NCBI GenBank assembly: GCA_963823665.1
Contig: CAWGMQ010000006.1
Span: forward strand, 192,001-256,000
Reading direction: 5' to 3'
Source of the DNA: an uncultured Planctomycetota bacterium
GTDB lineage: Bacteria > Planctomycetota > Planctomycetia > Isosphaerales > Isosphaeraceae
DNA length: 64,000 nt
Each line of letters starts with the position of its first letter. The first letter of the stretch is position 1. Below are positions 21,200-32,161 of the stretch, one piece after another. The notes under the pieces were generated by a model, which was given only the letters and a program-made list of their open reading frames with translations, made no database searches and had not been told where the DNA came from. The position numbers were made by a program, and so were the translations under genes.

Positions 21200-21598
21200 T
21201 CATCGCCGAATCCCCTCCACCGCCCCCTTCACATCCTCACTCTCCACAGCTTGCCCCGCCAGCGCCTTCATCGCAATGCCCATCGCCATCCCGTCCTTGG
21301 GCGCAGCCTTGATCTGCTCGGCAACTGGCGCAAGCGCCTCCTTGATCTGCTCGATCGAAAGCGTCGGTGGCACCCAGTCGCGGATCATTGCCAGCTCTTC
21401 AGGCGACCACGTCGTCACCCCCGACTTGGCTTCCTTCTGCACGCTGCGCATCTTCTTGATCGCGTCGTTCTCCGCCATTTCCTCGCCGCTGCCCAGGGTC
21501 AACTGCGCGATCCAGTAGCGCAAAAAGTTGGTTTTGACCGCGTCCCTCGCCTTCATTGCGGCAGTCAGCTCGGTGCGCATTCGCTGCACAATCGACAT
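21200..21598 (-). CDS. GatB/YqeY domain protein
   Basis: MSIVQRMRTELTAAMKARDAVKTNFLR...WVPPTLSIEQI...GMAMGIAMKALAG; GGAGG RBS. Confidence 0.75.
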   Translation of the reverse strand: MSIVQRMRTELTAAMKARDAVKTNFLRYWIAQLTLGSGEEMAENDAIKKMRSVQKEAKSGVTTWSPEELAMIRDWVPPTLSIEQIKEALAPVAEQIKAAPKDGMAMGIAMKALAGQAVESEDVKGAVEGIRR

Positions 21599-21699
21599 CC
21601 CGGATCCTCCATGGCGGTAAGCTTGATTTCAAGACTCTTGAGAACCCATCTTACGCCAAGACGGAAAAGCGCACACCGTCAGTTTGCTCCTCGCACAGC

Positions 21700-23430
21700 T
21701 CACGCGAACGGGATCGACAGTGTGAATGTCGCGCCTTTGGCGCTGTTCTCCTCCAGCTTCAAGTCGCCGCCCAGCGCGCGGGCCAGCCGGCGCGAAAGCG
21801 CCAGCCCCAGCCCGACTCCCGGCGCCGATTGCGCCGCATCGTTCGCCGACTTCGAGAACGGCCGGAACAGCCGCCGGATCACTTTTTCGTTCAAACCCGG
21901 TCCATGGTCCCGCACTCGAATCTCGAGCGCTCGCCCCGCCTGCCCAACTTCGATGTGGATTCGCCGGTCAAGAGCACTGCCGGCGTATTTGATCGCATTA
22001 TCGATTAAATTGGTAAGAATCTGTTCAATGACAGACACGTCGATGCGCACGCTCGGCAGCACCGCGGGCGCCGTGGCATCGAGCGTCATGCCGGCCTGCT
22101 CCGCCCGAAGCGCGAGGCGAGGAACCAGCCGATCAACCAGCTCCTGTGGCGCGACGATTTCGTGGCCTCCTGAGGCGCGACCGCGCTCAAGCCTTGCAAA
22201 CGCCAGCACGTTCTCGACCAGGTGACCCAGCCTGTCGGCCTCGGCGCGAATCGTTTTCAAATAAGCTTGCCGCGATTGCTCGCTCGCGACCATCCCCTCG
22301 TCAAGCATCTCGGTGTAGAGGCGAAACGTCGTCAGCGGCGTGCGCAGCTCGTGCGTCACCGCCGATACGAAAGTCCCCCGCCGCTCGGAGAGCGCCAGCG
22401 CACTCTGAAGCACCACAGCAACGGCCACCGCGGCGAGCCCCAGGCACGCCCAGGCGATCAAGAGAGAAAGCCGCACCGGCGACCAGCGCGGATCTCCCTC
22501 ATCCGGCGCCGGCTCGAAATCAAGCAGCACCGGCAGCGAGGCCAGCATCCGGGTTGGTTGGGGCGCTGCTTGCACGGGCACCTTCTCCAGCCGGGCTCGC
22601 GGCAGAAGATCGGCCGCACGCTCCATCAGGTCCGCTCGAATCACATCCCAGTCGAGCCAGCAACCTTGCAGGAAAGCCCCCTCGGAAACACGCACCCGCC
22701 GCGCCAGGAGCAATGTCGAACCGATCCAGACGGCCTGGAGCGGCCCCTGGCTGACGGACGTTCGCGTCCAGAGCGACTGCACCTCCGCCGGCGCCTGGCT
22801 CTGGGCCAGTTTCGAGTTGCGCGATCGCATCATGTATTCATTCGAGCTACGCGACTGCCGTTTCTGTAAATCCGCCAGAGTGGTCACGTCCACCGCTTGC
22901 GCGATCGGGTCGTCGACGAGCAGCGCGGCGGCGAGCTCCTTGCGGTTGATCAACTTGCCCAGCTCCTCGAGCCGGCGCGAAGCTTCCTCGAGTAGCGCGG
23001 CGGAGAGGTAGCGGGCCTCGGCCACGTCGCGCATGTTGCCCGCGGGAACTTGCGGCGAGGTCAGGCGGCCGTCGGGCCCAAACTGGAAATGAAGGCGAAT
23101 CTGAGGCGATCTGAATGTCAAGAGCGGCGATGGCATCAGCACGTCGCCGCGGTCGATCTCGGCGAACATACGGGTCAACGCAAGATCGGCAGGGTAGAGC
23201 GGGCTGTACGTGAAGTACGGACGTGCGCTCTCCTCGGCCATCAGCGGCTGAAGCGCCGAATCCATTCTCCAGAGCGCCAGTTGCAGGTTTTCTTCCAGCG
23301 CCGCCTGCCTCCGCGCCTTCGCCTCGGCACGCTCCAGCTCAAGCGCCATCCCGCCCAGGCGGGCCATCGCTCCGGCGGCAAGCGCGACGCAAAGGCCAAA
23401 GACGAGCCAGACCGCTCCCAGCCGTTTCAT
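21700..23430 (-). CDS. Membrane sensor histidine kinase
   Basis: Two TM segments, H-box FVSAVTHELRTPLT, N-box NLIDNAIKY, G-boxes VRDHGPG and GVGLGL. Confidence 0.95.
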   Translation of the reverse strand: MKRLGAVWLVFGLCVALAAGAMARLGGMALELERAEAKARRQAALEENLQLALWRMDSALQPLMAEESARPYFTYSPLYPADLALTRMFAEIDRGDVLMPSPLLTFRSPQIRLHFQFGPDGRLTSPQVPAGNMRDVAEARYLSAALLEEASRRLEELGKLINRKELAAALLVDDPIAQAVDVTTLADLQKRQSRSSNEYMMRSRNSKLAQSQAPAEVQSLWTRTSVSQGPLQAVWIGSTLLLARRVRVSEGAFLQGCWLDWDVIRADLMERAADLLPRARLEKVPVQAAPQPTRMLASLPVLLDFEPAPDEGDPRWSPVRLSLLIAWACLGLAAVAVAVVLQSALALSERRGTFVSAVTHELRTPLTTFRLYTEMLDEGMVASEQSRQAYLKTIRAEADRLGHLVENVLAFARLERGRASGGHEIVAPQELVDRLVPRLALRAEQAGMTLDATAPAVLPSVRIDVSVIEQILTNLIDNAIKYAGSALDRRIHIEVGQAGRALEIRVRDHGPGLNEKVIRRLFRPFSKSANDAAQSAPGVGLGLALSRRLARALGGDLKLEENSAKGATFTLSIPFA

Positions 23431-23431
23431 C

Positions 23432-24137
23432 TTATCTTGGCCTCGCCGCGGCAAGCATGTAACCCTGGCCCCGCACGGTCAGCACGATTCGCGGGCTCCC
23501 CTTGTCATCGCGCAGCTTCTCGCGCAGCCGCGCGATGTGCATGTCAATTGTCCGCGTGGTGATTCCCGCCGGGTCCAGGCCCCACACCCGGGCCAGCAGC
23601 TCGTCACGCGAGACCGCTCTCCCGGCATGGCAGGCGAGATAGTGCAAGCAGCTCCCGCTCGCGCTCCGAAAGCTCGCACCGCTCGCCATCGTCAAACTCC
23701 ACTTCGTGTCGCTCGAGGTCGGCCAGCCCCCCCTCAAAAGCCAGCCGTTGCACCGCTGGAGGTCGACTCGGGGCCCTCCTCAGAACCGCTTCAATCCGGG
23801 CCAGCAGCTCCTTGATCGAGAACGGCTTGACCACGTAGTCGTCTGCCCCCAGCGCCAGTCCACGCACGCGATCGTCTTCCGACCCCCGCGCCGTCAGGAT
23901 GATCACCGGCAGACCTCGCCGCAGCGCGCGCAGCTCGCGCAAGATCGCCAGGCCGTCCTTCCCCGGCAAGACCAGGTCCAGCAGAAGCAGGTCGCACTCC
24001 GACGCGAGGGCCGCGGCAAGCCCCGCGGCCCCCTCGCTCGCTTCTTGCGTGGCATATCCGGCGAAGGCGAGCGCATCCACCAGGCCCCGCCGGATCGCCG
24101 GATCGTCCTCGACAACCAGGATTCGCTTGCTGCCCAT
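23432..24137 (-). CDS. OmpR/PhoB-family response regulator, frameshift near 23645
   Basis: ILVVEDD...LLLLDLVLPGKDG...GADDYVVKPF receiver; winged helix SRDELLARVWG...TRTIDMHIARLREKL...TVRGQGY in the second frame. Confidence 0.9.
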
Positions 24138-24141
24138 GAGC

Positions 24142-25278
24142 TCACTCAAATGTGAAATTGTTGCGTGCGGCCTGAGCGCGAATCGCCTTGGAGATCGCTT
24201 GTTCGAGCGTCTGCTCCCTCCCGCCCGAGTTCTTCTTCCGCTCGGCTGCAAGAAAGGCCTCACGCTCCTGGTTCAATTTGAGGATCTTCTTCTGTATGTC
24301 CTCTCGCTCCTTGCGGGCCGCTTCCACCTTCGCCTTCCGCCCCGCCTGATCGAGCTTCTGCATGTCTTCGGGCAGCTCTTCCGTCTTCACGTCCTCGAGC
24401 TTGCATTTGCCGTTCGTGATCGCGTCGACCAGGTCCCAGCCGTCGTTGCAGTAAAACGCATTCACCTTGGAGAGCGAACGAGTCGCGAGCACACTCTGCG
24501 ACGAATTGCCGGCGTTCGCGTCTTGAGCCGATTGCCGCGCCTGCCCGGCCACCCCCATCTTACCATACGGCAGATACGTCTTGTTCAGTTGCACGCCGAG
24601 CTGAGCGATCACCGCATCCTGGGGAGTCGGGATCTCGACGATTTTCTGATTCTGGTCAATGTTCATATAACGGCCGTCGGCGAGGAGCGCTCCATCGTTC
24701 CAGCCCGTCTGTCGCCCTTCCGCGTTCCCGCCGCAGAAAATCGTGTTCACCAGAATCCCCCGCTCGATCGCGCTCTTGCACGCATCGCGGAAATTGACCG
24801 ACCCCTGCGAGAACGGCTCATTCCCCGCGATGAAGATGGCCTTGTACACGTCACGCGACGGGCTCCACTCCAGCCGCTTGACGGCGTCGCGGATCACCCA
24901 GCCGCAGTACTCCTGGCCCCCGTTGGTCTTGAGTGCGAACAATTCCTCCGAGACGCGGTCGAGGTCGTCCGTCAGCGGCAGGATCAACCGAACGAAGCCT
25001 TCCTGCGCGGGGAGCGTTTGCTTCCCATATTCGAACAGAGCCACCTCGATCGCCGGCTGCCGCCCGTCCTTGCGGGCCCGAATGAACTCGTTGACCACAT
25101 TCCAGAGCTGCGTCTTCGCCTGCGCGATCAGGCCGTCCATGCTGTTGCTGGTGTCAAGCAAGATGGCGATCTGCACCCGTGGCCGCGGTGGCGCTACATC
25201 CTTGGGGCGGGCCTGCCTGCAAGGCATCGGATCGGATCCGATTACGAGAGACAGCGCGAATAGGAGAGCGTGAGTCAT
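24142..25278 (-). CDS. Secreted von Willebrand factor A domain protein
   Basis: GGAGGAG RBS, signal-peptide-like start, MIDAS LLDTSNSM, TNGGQEYCG, IFIAGNE. Confidence 0.85.
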   Translation of the reverse strand: MTHALLFALSLVIGSDPMPCRQARPKDVAPPRPRVQIAILLDTSNSMDGLIAQAKTQLWNVVNEFIRARKDGRQPAIEVALFEYGKQTLPAQEGFVRLILPLTDDLDRVSEELFALKTNGGQEYCGWVIRDAVKRLEWSPSRDVYKAIFIAGNEPFSQGSVNFRDACKSAIERGILVNTIFCGGNAEGRQTGWNDGALLADGRYMNIDQNQKIVEIPTPQDAVIAQLGVQLNKTYLPYGKMGVAGQARQSAQDANAGNSSQSVLATRSLSKVNAFYCNDGWDLVDAITNGKCKLEDVKTEELPEDMQKLDQAGRKAKVEAARKEREDIQKKILKLNQEREAFLAAERKKNSGGREQTLEQAISKAIRAQAARNNFTFE

Positions 25279-25335
25279 GGAAACTCCTCCATCAAGAGTG
25301 AGAGAAACTCGAACACAGTTTGAATGACGAGGTGA

Positions 25336-27592
25336 TCAGGGCACCTGGTCGGGCGCCTTGACGAGAACCCGCTGGCCATCGACCAGCATCAAGATGTCGC
25401 CCTTGAGTGCGATGCTTCCCTCTCGCCCCTCGCGCCAGCTTGGCGGCGAGATCGCGAAATTCCTGGGACCCGAATGTGACAACCCTCGCCGGCGCAGCCT
25501 GGCCCTCGCTCGTGACCAGCCGGCTGTCCACCCAGCGGCTGCCTCGCTTGTAAAACGCCAGGTCGCAAACCTGCTGCACCGCCGCCGTGGCAACCTTGTT
25601 CATCGATGCATCATAGAATTCGTTACGCGGGTTTGCACACATGAGCGCTTTCTGGTTCTGGTTATTCAGGTCTTGATTCACCGACGACAGCCCGCTCCGG
25701 GTCTGCATCGCGCGGTTGCGAAACAGGTTCTCGGCCTCGGAGAGCACCTTGTCCTTCTGCGAAAAATCCGTCCCCTCGCGGGCCAGGAACGCGGTGTACT
25801 CGGTGAGAATGCCGAACTCGGTCGAGAGCCTGACGATCTCGTCGACCAGCTCGCGCGATGCGGTGTTCATCGTGTTCTTGGCTGCGCTTGAGAGAACTCC
25901 CGCGGTCCCTCCCTGTTCGCGAATCGCGTCCACGAGCAAGCCGATCTTGCGGCTGGCCCACAGCCGCGGCACAAACCCGTTGCGCGTCGTCGCCTGGTCG
26001 AGCGTTAGCTTGAACTGGAAGACGCGCGGCGTCCCGCGATAGTTGCCCCGCAGCGTGAACTCGAGCGGCTCGTCGCCCGAATACTGGCCCAGGAGCACGA
26101 TCTGATCGCCCTCGAAAAGATCGGGAAGCCGCGCCGGAATCAGCTCCCGCGCGCGCCGTCGTGTCGCCCCCTCGCCGATTGCCAGCGCCGGGTCGGCCAG
26201 CATTGGGCCCTGCAATCGCTCGAACACCACCCCCACCTTCACCTCGACATCCTCGCCCGGCAGCACGAACGTCGTCGTCGCCCGGCTCTCATACGAGATC
26301 TTTTCCAGCAGCGGCGTGTTCACGTCCACGCCGACGCCGAACGTGAAGACTCTCCGCCCATGCTTGTTGCCTTTGAGCGCCAGCTCGCGAATCGCGGCTT
26401 CGGAAGTCTGGCCGACCGTCGCCAGCCCGTCGGTCATGAACAGCACGATCGGCAGCGCTCCATCCGCCGGCGGCTGCCGCAGCGCTTCCAGCAGCGCATC
26501 GTGGATGTTCGTGCCTCCCCGCGCGGTCATCCCCGCCAGGAATTCCTCGGCGTCCTTCATCGTCGCCCGCGACTTGCGCACCGGCCGCTCGGAAAACGGC
26601 TCGACTCCTTCGTTATACAGGATGATGTTGAACGACTCGCCTTGATCGAGACCGGCCAGCACTTGCAGCGCGGCCTCGCGCACCTGGTCGAGCTTCCCGC
26701 CCCGCATGCTCCCCGAGTGGTCGATGACCAGCGTCACCTCGCGCTTCAGCCCGGCGTGATCCCGCCCGGCCGCCTGAGGCGGCAATCCCGCCAGCAGCAG
26801 GAAATAGCCGCCGCCGATCTTGGGGTCGGGGTAGGCAAACAGTGAAGCAGAAACGCCCGCTCGCTCCCGCAGGAACGACAGCCGGAACGCTCCGGGCTCA
26901 CTCGCCGCCTCAGGCGGAAGCTCGACGGCCGCCTCACTCCCCGTCTTCCGCACGGTCTTGAGCCGATGGCTCGGCGAATAGACCGCGGAGACCGGTGTGC
27001 CCGAGGAAATCTTGACCACGATCTTCCACGGAACCGTGTATTCGACCGACTCGCTCCGCGGCAGAACGTAATCAACCCGATCGCCGCTCACCGCCAGCAT
27101 GTGCTCGTATGTGAGGCGCACAGCCTGGTTTCCGCCCGGCTCGACGGGAAAGACCGTCGAGCGCACCAGATTGAACCCGGCAAACTCGAGCAAGGCCGGG
27201 TCGCGCGCCTGTGTGACGATGCGATCATAAGTCTCGCGCGCCTCCTCACGCGAGAGCAGCCGGGCCGAGGGCTCGGCACCCGCACCCTGAAACGCGAACC
27301 CGCGCACCACCGCGCCCTCGGGCACGGGAACCAGGAGCGCGGCCTCCTGACGAATCCCGCTCGGGTTGTGCAGGTGAATCTCCATCATCGTGGTGGCGAT
27401 CCGGTCGCGAATGACGACGCCGGCGGTCACGCCCGTGATCTGCAGAGCCGCCGAGTGCGCCAGACCGTACACGCGGGCCTGAGGCACCACCATCTGCGAC
27501 GGCCACGGCCGCCCGCGGGGATCCTGTGCGCGGGCAGCCCCGGGTAAAGCAACGGCCGTCAGAACAAGCACGGAAACCCAGCGACGTCTCAT
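25336..27592 (-). CDS. Secreted VIT + VWA domain protein, frameshift near 25435
   Basis: Signal peptide MRRRWVSVLVLTAVALPGAARA; VIT-like region (EEARETYDRIV...DPALLE); MIDAS VIDHSGSM, GGTNI, FMTDG, FTFGVG; RLWASRKI. Confidence 0.9.
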
Positions 27593-27637
27593 GGCAGTCC
27601 CCTCCGTTACGGCGCTCGATCGGAATTCCACTTCCCG

Positions 27638-27682
27638 ATCATACGCGTTCGGAAGGCGATGATTTGTCACACGTTTGTAACA
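27638..27682 (-). promoter_or_regulatory. OmpR/PhoB-type tandem direct repeat (TGTTACAAA-CG-TGTGACAAA) plus -10 box TATGAT
   Basis: 9-bp repeats with 11-bp period at 27663-27671 and 27674-27682, 19 nt upstream of TATGAT (27643-27638), ahead of the VIT gene. Confidence 0.65.
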
Positions 27683-27876
27683 ACGCGACGAGCGATCGAT
27701 CGGTCAATCGAACCGTTACATCCGCCAGGGTCGCTCAAGTTGACAGGGCCGCCGGTCGATCCCTATTGAGGGAGCGCCTCTTCCCCAGAGCTCGCCTTCG
27801 CGCCCCGACTTCTCCGCCGCGATCCGGCGATCACCGTCTTTCGCGGGCCCTCGAATGTTCTCGCCAGCATCAACAA

Positions 27877-29282
27877 TCAACCATAAAGCGGCGAAATCTC
27901 ATCGCCGTAGGAAAGCCGGATTGGCCGTCCGAGCCGGTCGCGCAGCTCGTGCGCAGGGTCGATTCCCAGCGCCCGATAAACCGTGGCGGCAAAATCGCCA
28001 GGCGTGAACGGACGGCTCGCCGGGTAGGCTCCGATCCGGTCCGATTGCCCGATCGTCTGCCCGCCGCGCACGCCGGCGCCGGCAAACACGGCGGAGAACA
28101 CGTTCGACCAGTGGTCGCGCCCGTCGCGGGAATTCACGTTGCCCGTGCTCGAGCCAATGCGCGGAGTCCGCCCGAACTCCCCGGTAACAATCACGAGCGT
28201 CTCGTCCAGCATTCCCTGCACGCGCAGGTCGTCGAGCAGGGCCGCCACGCCGCGATCGAGCGGCGGGAGCAACCGGCTCTTGAGTGACTTGAAGTTCTGC
28301 GAGTGCGTGTCCCACGTCTGCACGCGCCCCATGTTCACCTGAACGACCGGCACTCCGGCGGCGACCAGCCGCCGCGCCAGCAGCAGCGACTGCCCGTACA
28401 TATGCCTGCCGTATCGATCGCGCAGCCGCGGGTCTTCGCGATTCAGATCGAAGGCGCGGGCCACCTTGCCGGAAAGCAGCAGGGAATACGCCCGCTCGAT
28501 CTGCTCGGCGAACGGATCCTTGCGCTCGTTCGCTTTCTCGGTGATCTCGTCGACACTCCGGCCCACCTGATCCAGCAGCGACTTTCGCCGATCAAGCCGT
28601 TCGACCGAGAGCCCCTCGGGTAACGCCAGCCCCTCGAAGCCGAAACCCGGCCGATTTGGGTCCTGACGCACCTGCCATGGGTCGTGCCGCGGCCCCAGAA
28701 ACCCGGCATGCTGGCCCGGCCAGATGAGCGGCCCTTCCATCAGGAATGTCGGCAGCGTCACCCCGCTGGGAACGCCGTCGGCACGCGGACGAATCGCGTC
28801 GACCGCCGAGGCGTAACACGGATAATCGTCGCGCGAGGCAATCTTGTCAAAGAACGCACCCGGCTGAGAATGGCCGGTCAGAAGCTCGTGGGTCGCGTTC
28901 AGGTGGTTCGTGTAATGATGGGCCAGTCGAGCGCACCACAGCCAGCGAGCCCGCCCGCGCGGCAAACTCCGGCAAGTGCTCGCACATCGAGATCCCAGGC
29001 ACCGCCGTCGCGATCGGCTTGAACTCGCCGCGGATCCCCTCGGGCGCATCCGGCTTCATGTCGAAAGAATCAAGATGGCTCAAGCCCCCGGTCAAGAAAA
29101 CCAGGATCACGGACTTGGCCCGCGGCCGCCTGCCCTCGCCCTGCCCCGGCTTCGCTTCGCGCCCGGCACGGGCCCTGGCCGCCAGCAGCGTCGGATAAAC
29201 CGAATCCCAGAAGCCCCGAGAAACCCACCTGGATGAACTCGCGGCGAACAAATCCAACACCATGCCGGTGCATTGTTTCCAT
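27877..29282 (-). CDS. DUF1501 domain protein, frameshifts near 29195 and 28925
   Basis: Tat-like RREFIQVG, AKSVILVFLTGGLSHLDSFDMKP, LLARRLVAAGVPVV, WDTH, GEFGRTPRI, GRDHW. Confidence 0.9.
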
Positions 29283-29493
29283 TCCGTTTCCCAACTGCAC
29301 CAGAGTCTTGCGGCGTTCCCGCTCAGTGCCAAAAGTTGTTTAACCGAATTTTAACACGAAGCGCGAGTTGCGCCCAAACAATTTACGCCCTTGTAAGTAT
29401 CGGGTACCGTGTATCGCCCCGTCCACGGACTGTTGTAGAATGCCCAAACGCTCACCTCCCCCAACTCTGGTCAACTTCACAGGGACGATTGCT

Positions 29494-31333
29494 ATGCGAA
29501 CCATTCTGGCGCTCATGGCCTCGCTCGGACTCACGCTCACCGCGGCGGCAATTCAGGCCGCCGCACCCGATGGCTCCTTTCAGGGCGAATGGCGCACCAC
29601 GATCAGCATCGTCAAGCTCGAGCAGAAGGGCAACGTCGTCACCGGAACGTATGGCAATGCCGGCCAGTTTCCCTTGAAAGGAACTGTAAAAGACAATGTG
29701 TTGACCTTTGAATACACCGAGGGGCAGGCCAAGGGAGAGGGCCGCTACGAGCTGGACTCCTCGGGTAACGCGTTCAAGGGCACCTTTCAGGTCAAGAACG
29801 GCCGGCGCGGAGAGTGGAACGGCTGGCGGCCTGACCCCAAAGCCACCTCGGGCAAGCTCGCGTCGTTCGGCGGGCTCTGGCTGACCGATCTCGGCTTGAT
29901 GGAACTGACGCAGGATGGCGCCGCCGTCAAGGGAGAGTACGCCCAGCGCGGCACGTCCAAGATCGAGGGCAAGGCGACCGGCCGGCGGCTCGAATTCCAG
30001 TTCACCAGCTTCCGGAACGGCAAGGGCTGGTTCGACCTCTCGCCCGACGGAAAATCCTTGAGCGGAGCCGCCAACACCGACGGCTTTCCCGGCTGGTTCG
30101 GCTGGAGCGGCCGGCCGGCGCCGTCGTTCGTGCGGCACGCGCCCCTGGTCGCAGGCAAAATGATCGATGGTTCCACCGCGAATCTTCTCACCTACTCGGT
30201 CCGCGCGCCCGAGGGCTACAAATCCGGCGACTCGCGCAAATGGCCCACGATCTTGATCCTTCACGGCTCGAACATGAACGCGCAAGCCTACGTTGCGACA
30301 ATCGCCTCAGCCTGGCCCGACATCGCCCGCGACTTCATCATCCTTGGCATCAACGGCGAGATTCCGTCCAGCACCGGCGACGACCCGGGCTTCAATTACA
30401 GCTACGTCAACTACGTCGGCCGCAGCACGTTCAAGGGCTTTCCCGGAACCGACCGCGAAAGCCCCGCCCTGGTCAGCCAGGCGATGACCGAGCTCAAAGA
30501 AGTCTACCCGATTGATCACTACTTGGTGGGCGGCCATTCTCAAGGCGGCTTCCTCACCTACAGCCTCTTGATGAATACGCCGGAATTGATCGCCGGCGCG
30601 TTTCCCATCTCGGCCGGCGTGATCTTTCAGTGCGAGCCCGACGTCTATACCGACGAAGCGCTCCGCAAAGCCCAGCGCAGCGTTCCTCTGGCGATCGTGC
30701 ACGCCAAGAACGACCCGGCCATGGGCTTCGGCATGGGCCAGTACGCCGCCACGCTTTATGGTGAAGCCGGCTGGCCCGCGTTCCAGTTCTTCACGGATGA
30801 TAACGCCGCTCACATGTTCGCCGCCTTCCCGTTGGCCCCGCGATCCGCTGGCTCGAGACATTCTCGTCGAATGATCCCAAGAAGCTGATCGACTTCGCCG
30901 CCGAGCGCGCAGGCAAGGAAGGTTACCGCGATGCCGTCGCCGCACTCAACCGCGCGAGAACACTCAAGCTAAGCGCCGCGCAGAAGAAACGCGCCGATGA
31001 AGTCACAAAGACAATCGATGCCAAGGCCGCCTCGGGCGCCCGCAAATACATGACCTTGATCCGATCCGCCAAGGACGGCGCCTGGATCGACGGGTTCCTG
31101 GCCTATCGCGACGACTTCGAGTTTGCTCGGCCCGCGCAGCGGTGATGGCCGCCTTTGCCGAGCTCCGCAAATTGCACGATACGGCCGCCAAGCAAGCTTT
31201 CGGCGAGGCCCGCCAGCTCTTTCAGCAAGGCAATCAAAACGGAGGCTACGCCAAGTATAAAGAGATCGTCGAAAAGTACTACGCGTCGCCTCTCTATCGC
31301 GTCGTCAAGCGCTCGCTCGAAGAGAGAAAGTAA
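29494..31333 (+). CDS. Secreted alpha/beta-hydrolase-fold esterase with N-terminal beta-repeat region and helical C-terminus, frameshifts near 30820 and 31140
   Basis: Signal peptide; two 'GxWxT..G..xL.QxG..V.G.Y' units; WPTILILHG, VGGHSQGG nucleophile elbow, VHAKND, AAH. Confidence 0.7.
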
Positions 31334-31341
31334 TTCCCAAA

Positions 31342-31363
31342 GTAGGTCAGGCTTCAGCCTGAC
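31342..31363 (+). repeat. GTAG-type REP-like palindrome GTAG-GTCAGGC-TTCA-GCCTGAC
   Basis: Perfect stem 9 bp after the hydrolase stop. Confidence 0.6.
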
Positions 31364-31467
31364 GATCCGGCAAATTGCACTCGATTCCCCGATCAAGCTG
31401 AACCGCCCCTCGAGCGCAAAGCCGCCTTCCGCTCCATCAAAGTGCGGCCAATCGTGCCGCGCACAAA

Positions 31468-31489
31468 GTCGCCTTTCGCTCCGCGAAAG
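31468..31489 (+). repeat. Unoccupied variant of the IS-target palindrome: GTCGC-CTTTCGC-TCC-GCGAAAG
   Basis: Differs from the reconstructed target GTCGC-CCTTCGC-TCC-GCGAAGG by one compensatory base-pair change. Confidence 0.75.
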
Positions 31490-31639
31490 TGCGCGTGATA
31501 TGCACGCGCACGTTCGCGCTTCACTCCGACTTACACCCGTCGACCCAGTGCATCCTCACGAAGACGCGATCGCCGCTCCAAAAATACTCAAATTCGTCAG
31601 GGGCGAGCTTCAGCAAACGTTGAGCAAAGCCAAGGCTCG

Positions 31640-32120
31640 TTAACCCGCCGTTGAGATTGTGATCCGAAAGTCGAACACAACAGTCCTCATGTCATTGATC
31701 CATTTGTCTCGCTCCGCCGCGAAGTCGAACCACTCCCGGCCTGGCTCGGTCTTGCTCCACCGGCCAGCCGAATCCAGTCCCTCCTCTCCGAGTATTACCT
31801 CAATGCCGAGTCGGTCCACGAGGTGACTACCGCGGAGAAGCAACCGCTGGATCGCTTCGACCGACGTTCCCAGACACAACCCCCTCGGCTCGGTGATCAC
31901 GTCCGTGTTGAAGAGGATTGGGTACTCCTGTGCAATCCAGAAGTCATGTCGTATCGGCGCTCAGCGAATTCTCGATCAGGAATCGCGTGAGCTCCTCGGG
32001 AAGTTGCCGTTTGACCAGCCAGTCACGGTAGCTGGGATCATTCGTCCCGAATATGACTGCGTCTCCACCCTTGAGTCGCCGAACCGCGGCACGAAACAAG
32101 TCTGGTCTCAAGTACATCAT
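31640..32120 (-). pseudogene. Fragmented hypothetical gene(s)
   Basis: MMYLRPDLFRAAVRRLKGG...LTRFLIENSLSADTT-stop from 32120, then a start-less protein-like frame HDFWIAQEYPILFNTDVITEPRG... ending at 31640. Confidence 0.35.
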
Positions 32121-32161
32121 GGCGGTATGCCTTAGCGGAGCGCTCGCCCGTTAATCACGCG

